A stretch of DNA of 64,000 nucleotides from Salpingoeca rosetta (taxonomy: Eukaryota; Protista; Choanoflagellata). Shown piece after piece: positions 49,337-61,883 of this stretch; positions within the stretch are counted from its first letter, which is position 1; each line of letters opens with the position of its first letter. Made by a program: the position numbers and the translations under genes. The notes beneath the pieces were generated by a model. That model searched no databases. It saw only the letters and a list, made by a program, of their open reading frames with translations, and had not been told where the DNA came from. The stretch is from contig JAWQFM010000018.1 of NCBI GenBank assembly GCA_033442325.1, positions 1,175,224-1,239,223 of the forward strand, written 5' to 3'.

Positions 49337-50070
49337 ATGATGACGACGTCCAGAGCACCTGCCTTTGCTGCAGCCATTGCGCTGCTCATGTGCTGCTGCT
49401 GCTCCTGCTGTTGGATGAGTGGCGCGCAGGCTGAGCCAGCTCAGCCCAACATCCTCATTCTGCTGTTGGACGACGTGGGCGCGGACCGGTTCACGTTTTA
49501 CGGATCCAACGTGGACTCCTCCGCCAACATCAACGAGCTCGCGGAGAAGGCGGTGGTGTTTGATGCCTTCTTTGCGCAGCCCATCTGCGGGCCATCCCGG
49601 GCGTGCTTGCTGAGCGGTCGCCTGACATCCAACACCAAGGCATACGGCAATGGCCACAAGCGCAACGAGGACTTTGATGAGTCTGAGTGCACGCTTGGCG
49701 CGACGTTCCAGGAGGCCGGGTACAGGACAGCCCTGTTTGGCAAGGCGCACGCCTCCGCACCATACCTGTCCACATACAACGAGAGTTGTGGGTTTGGCAA
49801 GTATGCCATCTGGGCGCGCCAGGGACCTCGCTACCACAATTCAACGGTCAGTATGCGCGTCTGTGTGTCTGTTGAAATGTGTGCGTGCGCGCGCGTCTCT
49901 GTGTTTGTGCGTACGTGCGCGTCTCTGTGTATGTGTCTGTGCATGTACACGCTTCAACCATCACTGACTCCGACTCACGCAGATACAACTCCCCCCCCCA
50001 AAAAAAACAACAACACCCCCCTTCCCAAACCGCGTCTCACCTCTCTTACACACACACACACACACACATA

Positions 50071-50135
<65 letters not shown>

Positions 50136-51135
50136 CACCCTCAACTATTGGCAGATCCAAACGAACATTGGAACGGGCGACCTGTCTGAGTTTGATGCGC
50201 TTGTTGCGGCGGCAAGGGAGGTGGAGAACGTGGGCCCGTCCCGCACGCTTGACATGAAGAACACATACCACCCGCACCTCAACCGCGAGCTGGCCAAGGC
50301 GCACATCACCGCAAGCAAGGCCGAGGGCAAGCCGTTCCTCATCCACATGCCGATGCTGCTGACGCACGGCCCGACGCCGGACAAGGAAGACGACCCCTCG
50401 CTGCCGTTGGACATGCACACGGAGCAAGGCGGCAACGAGCTGTTCAACCAGCGGCTCATGGTTGCGGACGCCGTGATTGGAGACATCCTGCGGCACCTAG
50501 AGGTGGAGGGCATGCAGAACGACACAATTGTGCTCGTGACGGGCGACAATGGCACGCCGCGCGGATATGACGCCGTTGTCAATGGTGTCAAGACACGCAA
50601 CGGCAAGCGCCACGCCGACCGGGCAGAGGGCACGCGCGTGCCGCTGCTGGTATACTACCCACCTGTGTTAGACACGGCGCCGCGGACGGTCAAGTCTGTG
50701 GCGACGCTGTATGACATTCTGCCAACGCTTGTGGACGCAGCGGGCGTGAGCGGATATCCGGCCGGCAAGGACGAGCCCGATGGCAGCTCGTTCTGGCCGC
50801 TTGTGACGGGGCAGCGGAAGAAGACGGGGGAGTGGGCGTACCTGTTCTCGGAGTCGCGGGACCCGCACGCCGTTGTTCGCAACCGCAAGACCATCATTGC
50901 CTCCGATGGCAACGTGTACAGAGAGCGCAAGTGGTATGACCCCGTGCGGGTGAGCCCGGAGTTGGTGTGCCAGCGCAAGAAGATTTTCCGCCGCATGAAG
51001 CGCATGGTGTTTGAGGCGTGGAAGCTGGACATCAACGTCACCCTCCCTGGCTCGGACACAGCGCTGCCGCCAGACTCATGCGCAAAGATTGTCTGCAATC
51101 CCGACACCAGCCTTCCAGAGTGCGTCTACGCTTAG
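49337..51135 (+). CDS. Secreted S1 sulfatase, copy 2 (paralog of 29794-31625); 2 exons
   Basis: Signal peptide, PNILILLLDDVG, CGPSRACLLSGR, GKAH, GDNG and GTRVP. Intron 49847-50154 sits at the same position as in copy 1. Confidence 0.93.
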
Positions 51136-51472
51136 CTTCACTGCTTCTTTCCCGTGTCGTCGCTGTTGTTCGTGTGCTTTTCTGTTTTGTTCGTGTATGT
51201 TTGCTTTCCATGTTTGCCGCCATCTCGTCATGATGCCCATGTATGCATTGTTGTAGCAGCACAGCATGTCCAATAGACAAAAAGCAAGCTGAACGTGCAT
51301 GCAAGTGGAGGGCGGGGGAGGCGAGTGAGTGAGTTTGGGGAGGAGGGAGACACAGAGGTGTGTGTGTGTGTGTGGGGGGGGGGGGAGGAGTTGTGCGGCA
51401 ACTCTCACTCTCACTCAGCTCTTTTACGGATTGTTGATGGGAAATATTGCCATTTTTCGTCAATGACCCATA

Positions 51473-52696
51473 ATGAAGCAACGACGACGGCGACGGATAC
51501 AACGAACACGACACCCCTCTACAGCAGGTCCGGGAAATGTGAGAAGGTTCGTGTGGTTGGTGCTGGTGGTGTCGTTGGTGGTGTTGTTGGTGTCAGGTGG
51601 CGGGGGCTTACACGGCAGTGGAGGCAGAAGAAAGAGCGGCAAAGGCGCGTGGAACACGCACAGCCCAGGAGCCGCAGCAGCGCCAGCAGCACGAGGACGA
51701 GCGGATGACCCGAAGAAGAAGGACGGGCGATGCGTGCCGGATGTTGACATCTATCTCGTGCACCTGCGCAAGGCTGGCGGGCGCACAATCCGCTGCACCT
51801 TCTCGGCGCAGTGCAACGCTCCATCGTTCCTGAAAGGGTTCAAACCGACCCTGCCCAACACTCTGGCGCGCGTCAGCCACGGCCATTCGTGGGAGAACGA
51901 CGTGCGTGAGGCGTACTTGGCCGCCAAGCAGGAGAACCCACCGCACAGCGTGACGGTGATGGCAACCGTGCTGCGCGAGCCCATGCAGCGCCTCCTCTCC
52001 GCATTCACCACGAGCCTGGGTCGCGAAGAAGCAAGACGCAACGACCGCACCCTTCCCGGGTGTGCGTGGGTCGGCCACACGCACATCTGCGGCGACGCCG
52101 TCGACGCCATGTACCACGGGACAATGACGCTGGCCGAGTTTGCCCAATCCAACGACACCGCGCCCGCCATGAACTACATGGTGCAGCACCTGGGGAGCGA
52201 GTCCATGAACCTGGAGAAGCAGCCCAAGGCAACGCAGCAGGCCATGCTGCGGCGAAGCCTGGGCGTGCTGGACCGCATGGATGCGGTGCTACTGGTGGAG
52301 CGCTTCAACGAGAGTCTGGCGCTGCTGTCGTGCGTGGTTGAGGAGCAGGGTGGGCCTGCGCTGCAACGCGCCACCCTGTGCTCCAACTGGAACCCGCACC
52401 CGCGCCCACGCGACATCACGCCAGAGGTGGAGGCCATGCTGCGGCACCGCAACTCCCTCGACCACGCCGTGTACCAGCACGCGGCGCTGGCGTTTGCCGC
52501 CAACGTAAACAAGTTCCAGGGAAGGCCGTGCTTCGAGCGTGTCATGCGGTCCCTGGCGTCGTGCGACACACCCACGTGGTATGGGCACAAGCGAGACCCT
52601 TCCCTCGGCAGCTACAACATTTCCGAGGCCATGCACATGCTTCATGGCCACACTAGCGAATCCTTGCTCCGTGTTGCGTCATGTCCAATATCTTAA
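51473..52696 (+). CDS. Golgi-type PAPS-dependent carbohydrate sulfotransferase (HS6ST/Gal3ST-like); single exon
   Basis: Basic N-tail plus TM (FVWLVLVVSLVVLLV); 5'PSB-like VHLRKAGGRT; 3'PB-like VLREPMQRLLSAF; VLLVERFNESLALL; NSLDHAVY. Confidence 0.85.
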   Translation: MKQRRRRRIQRTRHPSTAGPGNVRRFVWLVLVVSLVVLLVSGGGGLHGSGGRRKSGKGAWNTHSPGAAAAPAARGRADDPKKKDGRCVPDVDIYLVHLRKAGGRTIRCTFSAQCNAPSFLKGFKPTLPNTLARVSHGHSWENDVREAYLAAKQENPPHSVTVMATVLREPMQRLLSAFTTSLGREEARRNDRTLPGCAWVGHTHICGDAVDAMYHGTMTLAEFAQSNDTAPAMNYMVQHLGSESMNLEKQPKATQQAMLRRSLGVLDRMDAVLLVERFNESLALLSCVVEEQGGPALQRATLCSNWNPHPRPRDITPEVEAMLRHRNSLDHAVYQHAALAFAANVNKFQGRPCFERVMRSLASCDTPTWYGHKRDPSLGSYNISEAMHMLHGHTSESLLRVASCPIS

Positions 52697-52710
52697 CGCA
52701 AGGTGATGTT

Positions 52711-52776
<66 letters not shown>

Positions 52777-53267
52777 GGTGTGTGTGTGTGTTTGTTTGCT
52801 TTTGTTTGTGTGTGTGTATTTGTTTGTTTGCTTGTTATCACATCACAAAGCCTGCCCGCAGCTCTTCACTTGAATGTTCAGCTGCTTCTTTCACTGCTAG
52901 TTTGTTCATTGTGGGGGCGGGGGAGGCGTAATCAACCAGCCAGCCATGCGCCAGCGTGGGTTGCGTAGACAGACAGGCGCGATGCTGTTGTTCACCATCA
53001 ACTCGTTAGCCAATTCTCAATAGACAGCCAGACCAAACCGAATGCAAACCCAAGTATGCAGGGCGCGAGCATTCACGCACACTGATGCATGCGGAAAGCA
53101 CGCAAGATCACAACACCACCATCACCATCACCAACACCCCGTCAACAGCCGTGAAGAGAAGAGCGATCAGTGACATCATCATCACCATCACACCACCACC
53201 ACCACCACCACCATCACCATCACACCACCACCACCACCACCATCACACCACCACCACCACCACCACC

Positions 53268-53337
<70 letters not shown>

Positions 53338-53369
53338 CCATCACACCACCATCATCATCACCACCAAGC

Positions 53370-54233
53370 TCATCTGAGCTCCACGTGCAACTCGTGCGCA
53401 ACGGTCTTCCGAAGTTGCTCCTGAATCTCATTGATCTCTTCGTTTGTCACCGTTCTGTCGTGCATACATCGAGAAGGTGGGGTGAATGAGGGTGTGAGCG
53501 AACGTGTGTGTTTGTGTGTTGCCGCAAAGTTGACGATATCAAACACAATGACAATCAATCACGACGACTGCCAGCACTCTCACTGCCACTGCTGCTACTG
53601 CTGCACAGACCTATCCATGGATCTGTACACGATGCGGAACGTGCGGCTCCTGCGTCCGGTCTTGGGATGCGTGAAGGAGTCAATCTAATCATGAAGGCAA
53701 TGTATCGTCATGTCGTCGTGCGATTGTGTGTAAATGGGGGTAGCGTACATGCATGCAAGCATGAGTCGTGAGGGCGAGAAGAGTAGAAGGCTACACAAGC
53801 ACATTGTTCATGCACGCACATGGAGCGTACACGATACACAGTAACAAAGAACAGTCCTTCTCTTTACATTAATTGCCACCACGTCACCAGCCCTCACACC
53901 ACCACCACCACCACTATCATGAGCCACCACCGTCAACCAACAGCACGAGCAAAGGGCGTGCAACGGACCAAAGCAACGTGCTCGGCGAGGTCGCCAGCGA
54001 CAGAGCGCACAACATCTGTAAACGAGTTGTCGCTGAACGCGTCATCGTCAATCCAGAAGGAAATGTCTTTGTTACACGGCGGGTACTTGCTGAACGGCTG
54101 ACGAGGAAGGGAGGGGCGAGCGTGGTGGTGGTGGACGGAAGAGAAGAGAGGAGAGGACGTGTATGTGCGTGTAAGCCTCAAGCAGGCAGGCAGGCAGGCA
54201 GGCAGGCAGGCACACACAGACAGACACACACAC

Positions 54234-54296
<63 letters not shown>

Positions 54297-55621
54297 CACA
54301 CACACACACACAACTACGGAGCCAAGCATCGAACCTTGAACTTGATGGAGGCGAGCGGGGCGTCGTGCTTGAACTGCGAGAGGAATCGCGGATCTTTTGA
54401 CCAGAAGAGTCGGATGTCCGGAATTCCAAACAGGACCATCGCCAGCCGCTCAAGACCTGACACGGCAAAGGAGGAGGAGAAGGGAGAGCAGGAGGCGTTG
54501 ATATGAGGCACAAACTAGGGTGGGGGGGGGCGGTACATCGGTACGCAGGCAGGCAGATAGAGCAAGAGAGTGTGATTGTGTATCACACACATATGCACAC
54601 CCACACACATGCACACACATATGCACACACACATGCACACACGCAGACAGGCGTGTAGACGCGACGCAGTGTGTGTGTTGATGAAGGAGACCGACCGAGG
54701 CCAAATGCCCATCCGACTTTGTTGTCGGCGCCGGCGGCATCGAGGATCTCTTGCTCCATCACACCGCAGCCAAGCACCTCCAGCCACTCGCCCTGGTGGT
54801 GGTGATGTGGTGATGTTGTGTGGCGTGGTGGTGGGTGAGAGCAGCATGCGCAGGTGCAAAGGCTAAAACGTGTGATGTCTCAATTTGTGCAGATCAAACA
54901 CACACGCACACACGCACACACACACACACAACACACACACAACACCCACCCACAACACACAGACACAGACACACACACAAACAAACAACTAAGCAAGCAA
55001 GAAAGCAAGCAAGCAAGCAAATAACCAAGCCAGCCAGCGTGCGCCAGGTTTACCTCGAACAGGATCTCAAGTTCCCACGACGGGTGTGTGAAGGGGAAGT
55101 AGCAGTCGACCCACCGCTGCTCCACGGGCCCAAACAGGTGCTCAACGAGCCCGGACAGCGTGGTGCGGAGGTCTCTGCCGACTGCCTGTGCTGTCGTGAT
55201 GGTGTGTGATTCCTGGTGCTCTGGGGAGCGCGAGGCGTGCTGCGCAAACACAGACGACCCCGTCATCTTGTTCACCTGCAGTTTGGGGGTGGGGGAAGGT
55301 GAGTGAGTGAGTGTGTGAGTGTGTGTGAGTGAGTGAGTGAGTGAGTGAGTGAGTGAGTGAGTGAGTGAGTGAGTGAGTGAGTGAGTGAGTGAGTGAGTAA
55401 GTGAGTGATTGCACGTGTGCCAGGTGGGGACACCTCATCGATGGAGAAGAGACGAACGCCCTCCGTCTGATGGAACACCGGGTAGTGGCTGCAATGCACG
55501 ATGGTGGTGATGGTGGTGGTGATGGTGCTAATGCGATGAGTGGACGGAGGTGGTGGCGATGGTGACGGCGACGTGTTTTCAAGGAGAGCAAAGGCGTGCA
55601 ACAGCAGCTGTACACATTGAA

Positions 55622-55652
<31 letters not shown>

Positions 55653-57119
55653 CAAACACACACACGCACACACAAACACAAACACGTGCGCACACCTTCG
55701 GTCAATCTCGTCTGCAGTTGCATGGTACAAAAGCGGGGAATTGAACGCGCGACACGTGAGTAGGCAGGTGTTGGTGAAGGAAATCCAAACAGAGACACTG
55801 TTATGCACACACACACACACACACACACTCACACGCACACATGCACATTCACGCAGACATAGACAGCGCACCTCGGCGGTAGACGTCACCGGAGCAGATG
55901 AAGGCGTTGAGGCCCGAGGAGATGAGCTCAGACTGGTGCGCACTCGTGTGCGCGCGAAGCATAAAGTCCTTGTTCAGCTGCAGGCACACAGCCGATGCAG
56001 GGCACCCAGCGAAGAGAACACATTGACGTGAGATGCACCATTCTCAACGCCCGTGCTAGCAGTGACAGAACCCACGTGACATGAGGTTGCGTGACGGTGG
56101 TGGTGGTGGTGGCGATGATGATGATGATGAAAGTGGTGGTGGTGATGATGATGAAAGAAGTGGTGATGGTGGTGGTGGCCTTACGTAGTAGTTGTCGGAA
56201 GGAGACCGGCTGGGATGGTCCTGGGGAATGAGCAGCGAGTCAAAGTTCTGTTGAGGAGTGACGACTGACAGCGCACAGAACACCGTGGAGATGAGATGTT
56301 CATATACACGTGCTGACAGCTGTGCTCCTGTGCAGGATCACAGGGTGCAGAACCCATTCTACGTCCTCTCGCGTGCATGTGCATCTCGCGTGCATGTGCA
56401 TCTCGCGTACAGACACACACAGTGCAAGGAATCACGCTTCGTTCACGCAGACCTGGCTTCATATTACGGTGGGAGGAGAAGATACAGCGGCCAAAATGAC
56501 GGAACTGATCTTGCTGAAAATACTCCTCAATATGCCTCTACATCACCCACACACCCACAACATGCAAACTGTGAGCCTTGCAGCATTCAACTGGTGTGTG
56601 CGACTCGCACAACCATTGACAAGCAGTGGAGCACTCAGCTCAGAGAGAGAGAGGCAGAGAGACAGAGAGAGAGAGGCAGAGAGCGCAGAGGCAGAGTCGC
56701 ACACAGACACAGACACAGGCACACACACATACACACAGGCACAGGCACATACACACAGACACACAAACACACACGTACACTCACATACACACATACAGCG
56801 CCACACCACTGACCAGTAGGATGGCGAGTGGATGCGACGGCTGTGAAAGCAGGTCCGCGTCCATGCGTTGCACCACCGCTGGCGTCACATTGGACATGTT
56901 GTCCCGCGCATACTCCTGCCCCAGCACCCGCAACACCCGTTCACTGCTGTCCCCACTGCTGCCACCAGCGCCCGCACCAGTACTGCTGCTCGTACTGCTC
57001 GTACTGCTGCTCGTACTGCTGCTCGTACTGCTGCTGCTGCTTCGCCAGTAGCAGCAGCGTGCACGTGCACGCGCCACCACTCTTCGCGCACTTGTCGCAG
57101 TCAACAACAACGCCCTCAT
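53370..57119 (-). CDS. FARS2: Mitochondrial phenylalanyl-tRNA synthetase, multi-exon
   Basis: Arg/Ser-rich transit peptide; [76 protein letters not shown]; C-terminal FDX-ACB domain. Confidence 0.96.
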
Positions 57120-57301
57120 CTCCTTTCGGTGTTGTTGTGCAAAGGGAAAATTGCCTTTGAGACAAAGGCAATTTTGCCCTTGGCCACGTCGCACCAACCA
57201 ATCAATACACACACACACAGACACATCAAGCACCTTCTCAACACACCTTCTCCACACCCACACACAACTCTCACACACCAACCCACACGCGTTGGTTCAG
57301 C

Positions 57302-58117
57302 ATGGCGCTGTTGAGGCTGCTGGGGTGCAGCGCAGGGATCTATGTGTGCTACATCACGTATGGCATCCTGCAGGAGGGCGTGTACAAGTACACGTCGCCC
57401 GTGACCGGGGAGCGGTTCTCCTCGACACTGACGCTGCTCTTGATTCAGGCCGTGCTCAACTACATCTGCGCCACCACCATCTGCTGGTGGCAAGGCATGA
57501 AGCCGCTGCCGGCCACCGCGTTTGCCCTGCCAGGGTGCACGTTCATTGCTGCCATGCTGTGCAGCAACGAGGCCCTGAAGTACGTGAGCTACCCGACCCA
57601 GGTCTTGGCCAAGTCGTGCAAGCTCGTGCCCGTGCTGTTGGTGAACGTGCTCGTGTACAGCCGGACAGCCACCTTCTTGCAGTACGTCCACGTGGCCCTC
57701 GTCACCGCGGGCATCGTCCTGTTTCGTCTCAAGAACACGGACGCGGCGCAGGAGCACAACAGCCTGTATGGCATCGGCTTGCTGCTTCTGTCGCTGCTGC
57801 TGGATGGCGTCACGGGACCAACGCAGCAGCACCTCAAGGAGCGCTACTCGCCCTCCCCATTCCAGCTCATGCGCTACTGCAACCTGTGGGGGTCCCTGCT
57901 CATCATCGCCCTGCTCGTTGCCTCGGGCGAGTTCCTCTCTGGCGTCATGTTTTTGTTACAGCCGGAGCACGCGCCGCTGCTGTCCCGCGTCGTTCTCTTC
58001 TCCCTCGCCGGCGCCGCCGGGCAGGCCTTTATCTACACCACCCTCCTTGAATTCGGGTACGGACTGCTCTGTGTGTGTGTGTGGGTGGGGGGCGGGGGGC
58101 GGGGGGCGGGGAAGGCT

Positions 58118-58172
<55 letters not shown>

Positions 58173-58490
58173 NNNNNNNNNNNNNNNNNNNNNNNNNNNN
58201 NNNNNNNNNNNNNNNNNNNNNNNNNNNNNNNNNNNNNNNNNNNNNNNNNNNNNNNNNNNNNNNNNNNNNNNNTCATTTCGTTTTTGTAATCTACAGGGGG
58301 TTGTGTGAGACTGTGAAGTGTGTGCGTGCGTGCGAGTACACCCCGCCGTGTGTGTGTCACTCACATACGTGCATGCGCTCGCGTGTATACGCACACACAT
58401 ATACACACTGTCACTCTCTGATACAGGGGTGCGCGCGCGAGCGCGTGTATATGCTGGCTTTCGGACTACAGCGTAATCGGTTCTTGCGCT

Positions 58491-58573
<83 letters not shown>

Positions 58574-58962
58574 AAACACACACACGTAAACACGCATTGA
58601 CATACACGCATATAACCTGCACCGCAACACCATTCAGGGCGCTGACGTTGACGACGGTGACAACGACGCGCAAGTTCTTCACCATCCTGTTCTCGGTGGT
58701 GCTGTACGGGCACGTGCTGTCGGCTGTGCAGTGGGCGGGCGTTGCGCTTGTGTTTGTCGGCCTCTCCCTCGACGTGGTGGAGAAGAAGCGAAACCGCGAC
58801 ACCATGAGCGGCATGGACAAGGTGCGGCCTACGGCACCCGCCTCCGCCACTGGTGGTGATGGTGGTGATGGTGGTGATGGTGGTGGTGCCAACGGAAGCA
58901 AGGCGGCATCAGCTTCGCCATCGCCGGCATCAAACGCCTCGGGCAAGGAGAAGGCAATGTGA
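57302..58962 (+). CDS. SLC35B1: SLC35B1/HUT1-type UAA-family transporter (ER); 2 exons
   Basis: YGILQE, SNEALKYVSYPTQVLAKSCK, LDGVTG and TTTRKFFTIL motifs; C-terminal KEKAM (KxKxx). Intron at ~58057-58637 spans a gap. Confidence 0.88.
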
Positions 58963-59433
58963 CGCCATGACACCTCCACCGCCGCTGTTGGTGTTGGTGT
59001 TGGTCGTGGTGTTGGCAGATAGATGGTGTTGTGCTGCTGCTGCTGCTGCTGCTGCTTCTACTGCTGCTGCCCGCGTTGGCTCTGTCATGACAGCACACGC
59101 CTCGTGAGGAACTCAGGAGAAAGGCAAGAGAAGAAGCGCTTGGTGTGTGTGTAGATGTCCATGAGCACAGCACTTGTTCCTGTTCACAATACGCTTTCAA
59201 CTTTTCTTGCCCGCCTGGCCGTCTGTCGTTTTGCCCGTTAATCCCTTTCCCTTTGCACCACCACCACCCCGATGTACACTGTGTTTTGTATTGTTGCTGC
59301 TGCTAGACCTTGGCTGGGTTTGTTCGCTGCGTTGCTGTTGCTGGTGGTGTTGGAAGGGATGTTGTTCCAACTCATCCATACACGCTCTTAGAGGAGCCAG
59401 TGCCACAGGGCAGCAAAGCAGCGACACATGTAG

Positions 59434-59650
<217 letters not shown>

Positions 59651-59745
59651 CAGAGCACACCATATGGACTACATTTCATGGTGTTGGTACCAGTTTTCGT
59701 AATCCCCCACCGCTGCTGCTGCACACCACGAGACAACCACGAACG

Positions 59746-61441
59746 ATGAAGGGTGGGAGTGAACGGGACGTGGTGAACGAGAGCACAGACGAGCTCCTGC
59801 ACCACATGCACAAGGACGCCGACAATGTGGCTCATCCAATCAACAACATTGAGGTGCGTGACACACGACACATGTGTGTGGTGTTCATGCCGTTCTTTCT
59901 CTCGTTCGTTCTTGGCTCAATGGTTGGTTTTCAATGCCCACGTGGTGCACGTGGTGGGTTTGTCATGTGCTCATCCTGCATGTGTGCCGTGACAATGACA
60001 GGACAAATGGAGGCTGCTGCCTTCCTTCTTGCAGCTAAAGGGCCTTGTGCGCCAGCACGTGGACTCGTTCAACCACTTTGTTGAGATTGATATCCACAAC
60101 ATCGTCAAAGCCAACAGCAAGGTGGGAGAGAGAGCGTGTGTGTGCGCTTGTGTGAGTGTGTGGGTGAGTGTGTGAGTGTGTGAGTGAGTGTGTGAGTGAG
60201 TGAGTGTGTGTGTGTATGTGTGTAAGTCTGCACGTGCTGGTGCTACGTTTCGGCTCACGTTTGGCGCACAACACCAAACCAACTGTGTTGCACGTTAGAT
60301 TGTCTCCGACGTCAACCCACGCGTTTACCTGGAGTATACGAGCATCCGGTGAGTCCATTGTACCCAAGGGCGACGAGCCACGTGGTGCTTGTTGTGTCTT
60401 GTGCTGTTGCAAAGCGCCGTGTGTCACCATCACCGCTGCTGCTTGCTATATGCCCTCGCTCACCTTTGTTTTGTATTTCCACAGTGTGGGCGAGCCCGTG
60501 ATCCAGAACGGCCCCTTTGACGACCACGACGTCACGCCAATGGAGGTCAGTGAACTTCACACGCTCTCGGGTCCCTGTGTGTGCACTGCTGTCACTGACA
60601 ACCCAGTACTGCTCACTGCTGTGAATGTTGCCGCCATTCACATTGCATGTGCATCTGTGCATGTGTGTATGTGCCTGCTCTGTCGCTTATTTCCGTCGTT
60701 GTTCTGCGCCAGTGCCGGCTGCGCAACACGACGTATGCGGCTCCCATGCATGTGAACGTCAGGCTCTCCCTCAGCGGCGAAGGTGTGTCACACACAGCAT
60801 GGAGCGGCTGCCTGCAACGTTCACCCACTCACCCGCTCACCCGCTCACCCGCTCACCTGCTCACCTGCTCACGTTCACCTGCTCACCCGCTCACCCGCTC
60901 ACCCGCTGGCACCACCTCTTCGTGTGCGCGTGCGCGTGCGTGTGTGTGCGTGCGTACAGTGCGCAACTACAACGACATCTTGATTGGCCGGCTGCCCATC
61001 ATGCTGCGGAGCAAGAAGTGCCGTCTCTTTAGTCAGTTGTTCCGTACAGCGAGTGGGGAGAGGGGCCAAGATGAGATGTGGGAAGAATTGTGTGGGCTGT
61101 GACTGGCTCGAGTGATACATGGCTGCCGGAGTATCATATCTGTGTATACTCCGTCTACTCGGTGTTGTGTTGTGTACGTGTGTTGCTCGCATTTGTGCAT
61201 GTGTATCTTTGTGTGTACATGCCACACGTCTGTGTACACGTGGGCAAACACGCATGCGCGTTACCTCGACCTGACTTTTCCTCCTGTTCCGCTTGATTGC
61301 GTCATGGCGGTGCTGCAGAGGCCAACGACGAGCAGATGGCGAAGATGGGCGAGTGCCCGCTCGACCCAGGAGGTGAGCAACAGTAATCACGTTGGTGTAT
61401 GTGTGTACGTATGTGTATGTGTACGTGGACGTGGACGTGTA

Positions 61442-61514
<73 letters not shown>

Positions 61515-61851
61515 GTACATGTATACGTGTAGCTGTATCTGTGTGGACGTGTGTATGTGTGTGCGCTGGAAGGCAAGGTGTGCATGTCAATGCACCCCAC
61601 AAATGCCATCTCATATGCTGTGCATTACTTCCTTGTTAATCATCCCCGCAATTGCTGTCCCTCGGTGCGCGTTGCTCAACCCTACCCCCCTCACCACCTC
61701 CAATGCATTGACTGCTGTCAGGGTATTTCATCATTGGTGGCACGGAGAAGGTGATTCTCATGCAGGAGCAGCTCAGCAAAAACAGGATCATTGTCGAACG
61801 CGACAGACACGGTTCGTTCATGATGGCGGTCTGTGATGGCGTTGGTGTGTG

Positions 61852-61883
<32 letters not shown>

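Noticed and set aside
57302-58962. SLC35B transporter as the PAPS importer of the sulfation trio
   Set aside because: The motifs (SNxAL, KSCK, TTTRKFFTIL) and the KxKxx ER signal fit SLC35B1/HUT1 better than PAPST1/2, and FARS2 lies in between. A phylogeny would settle it.
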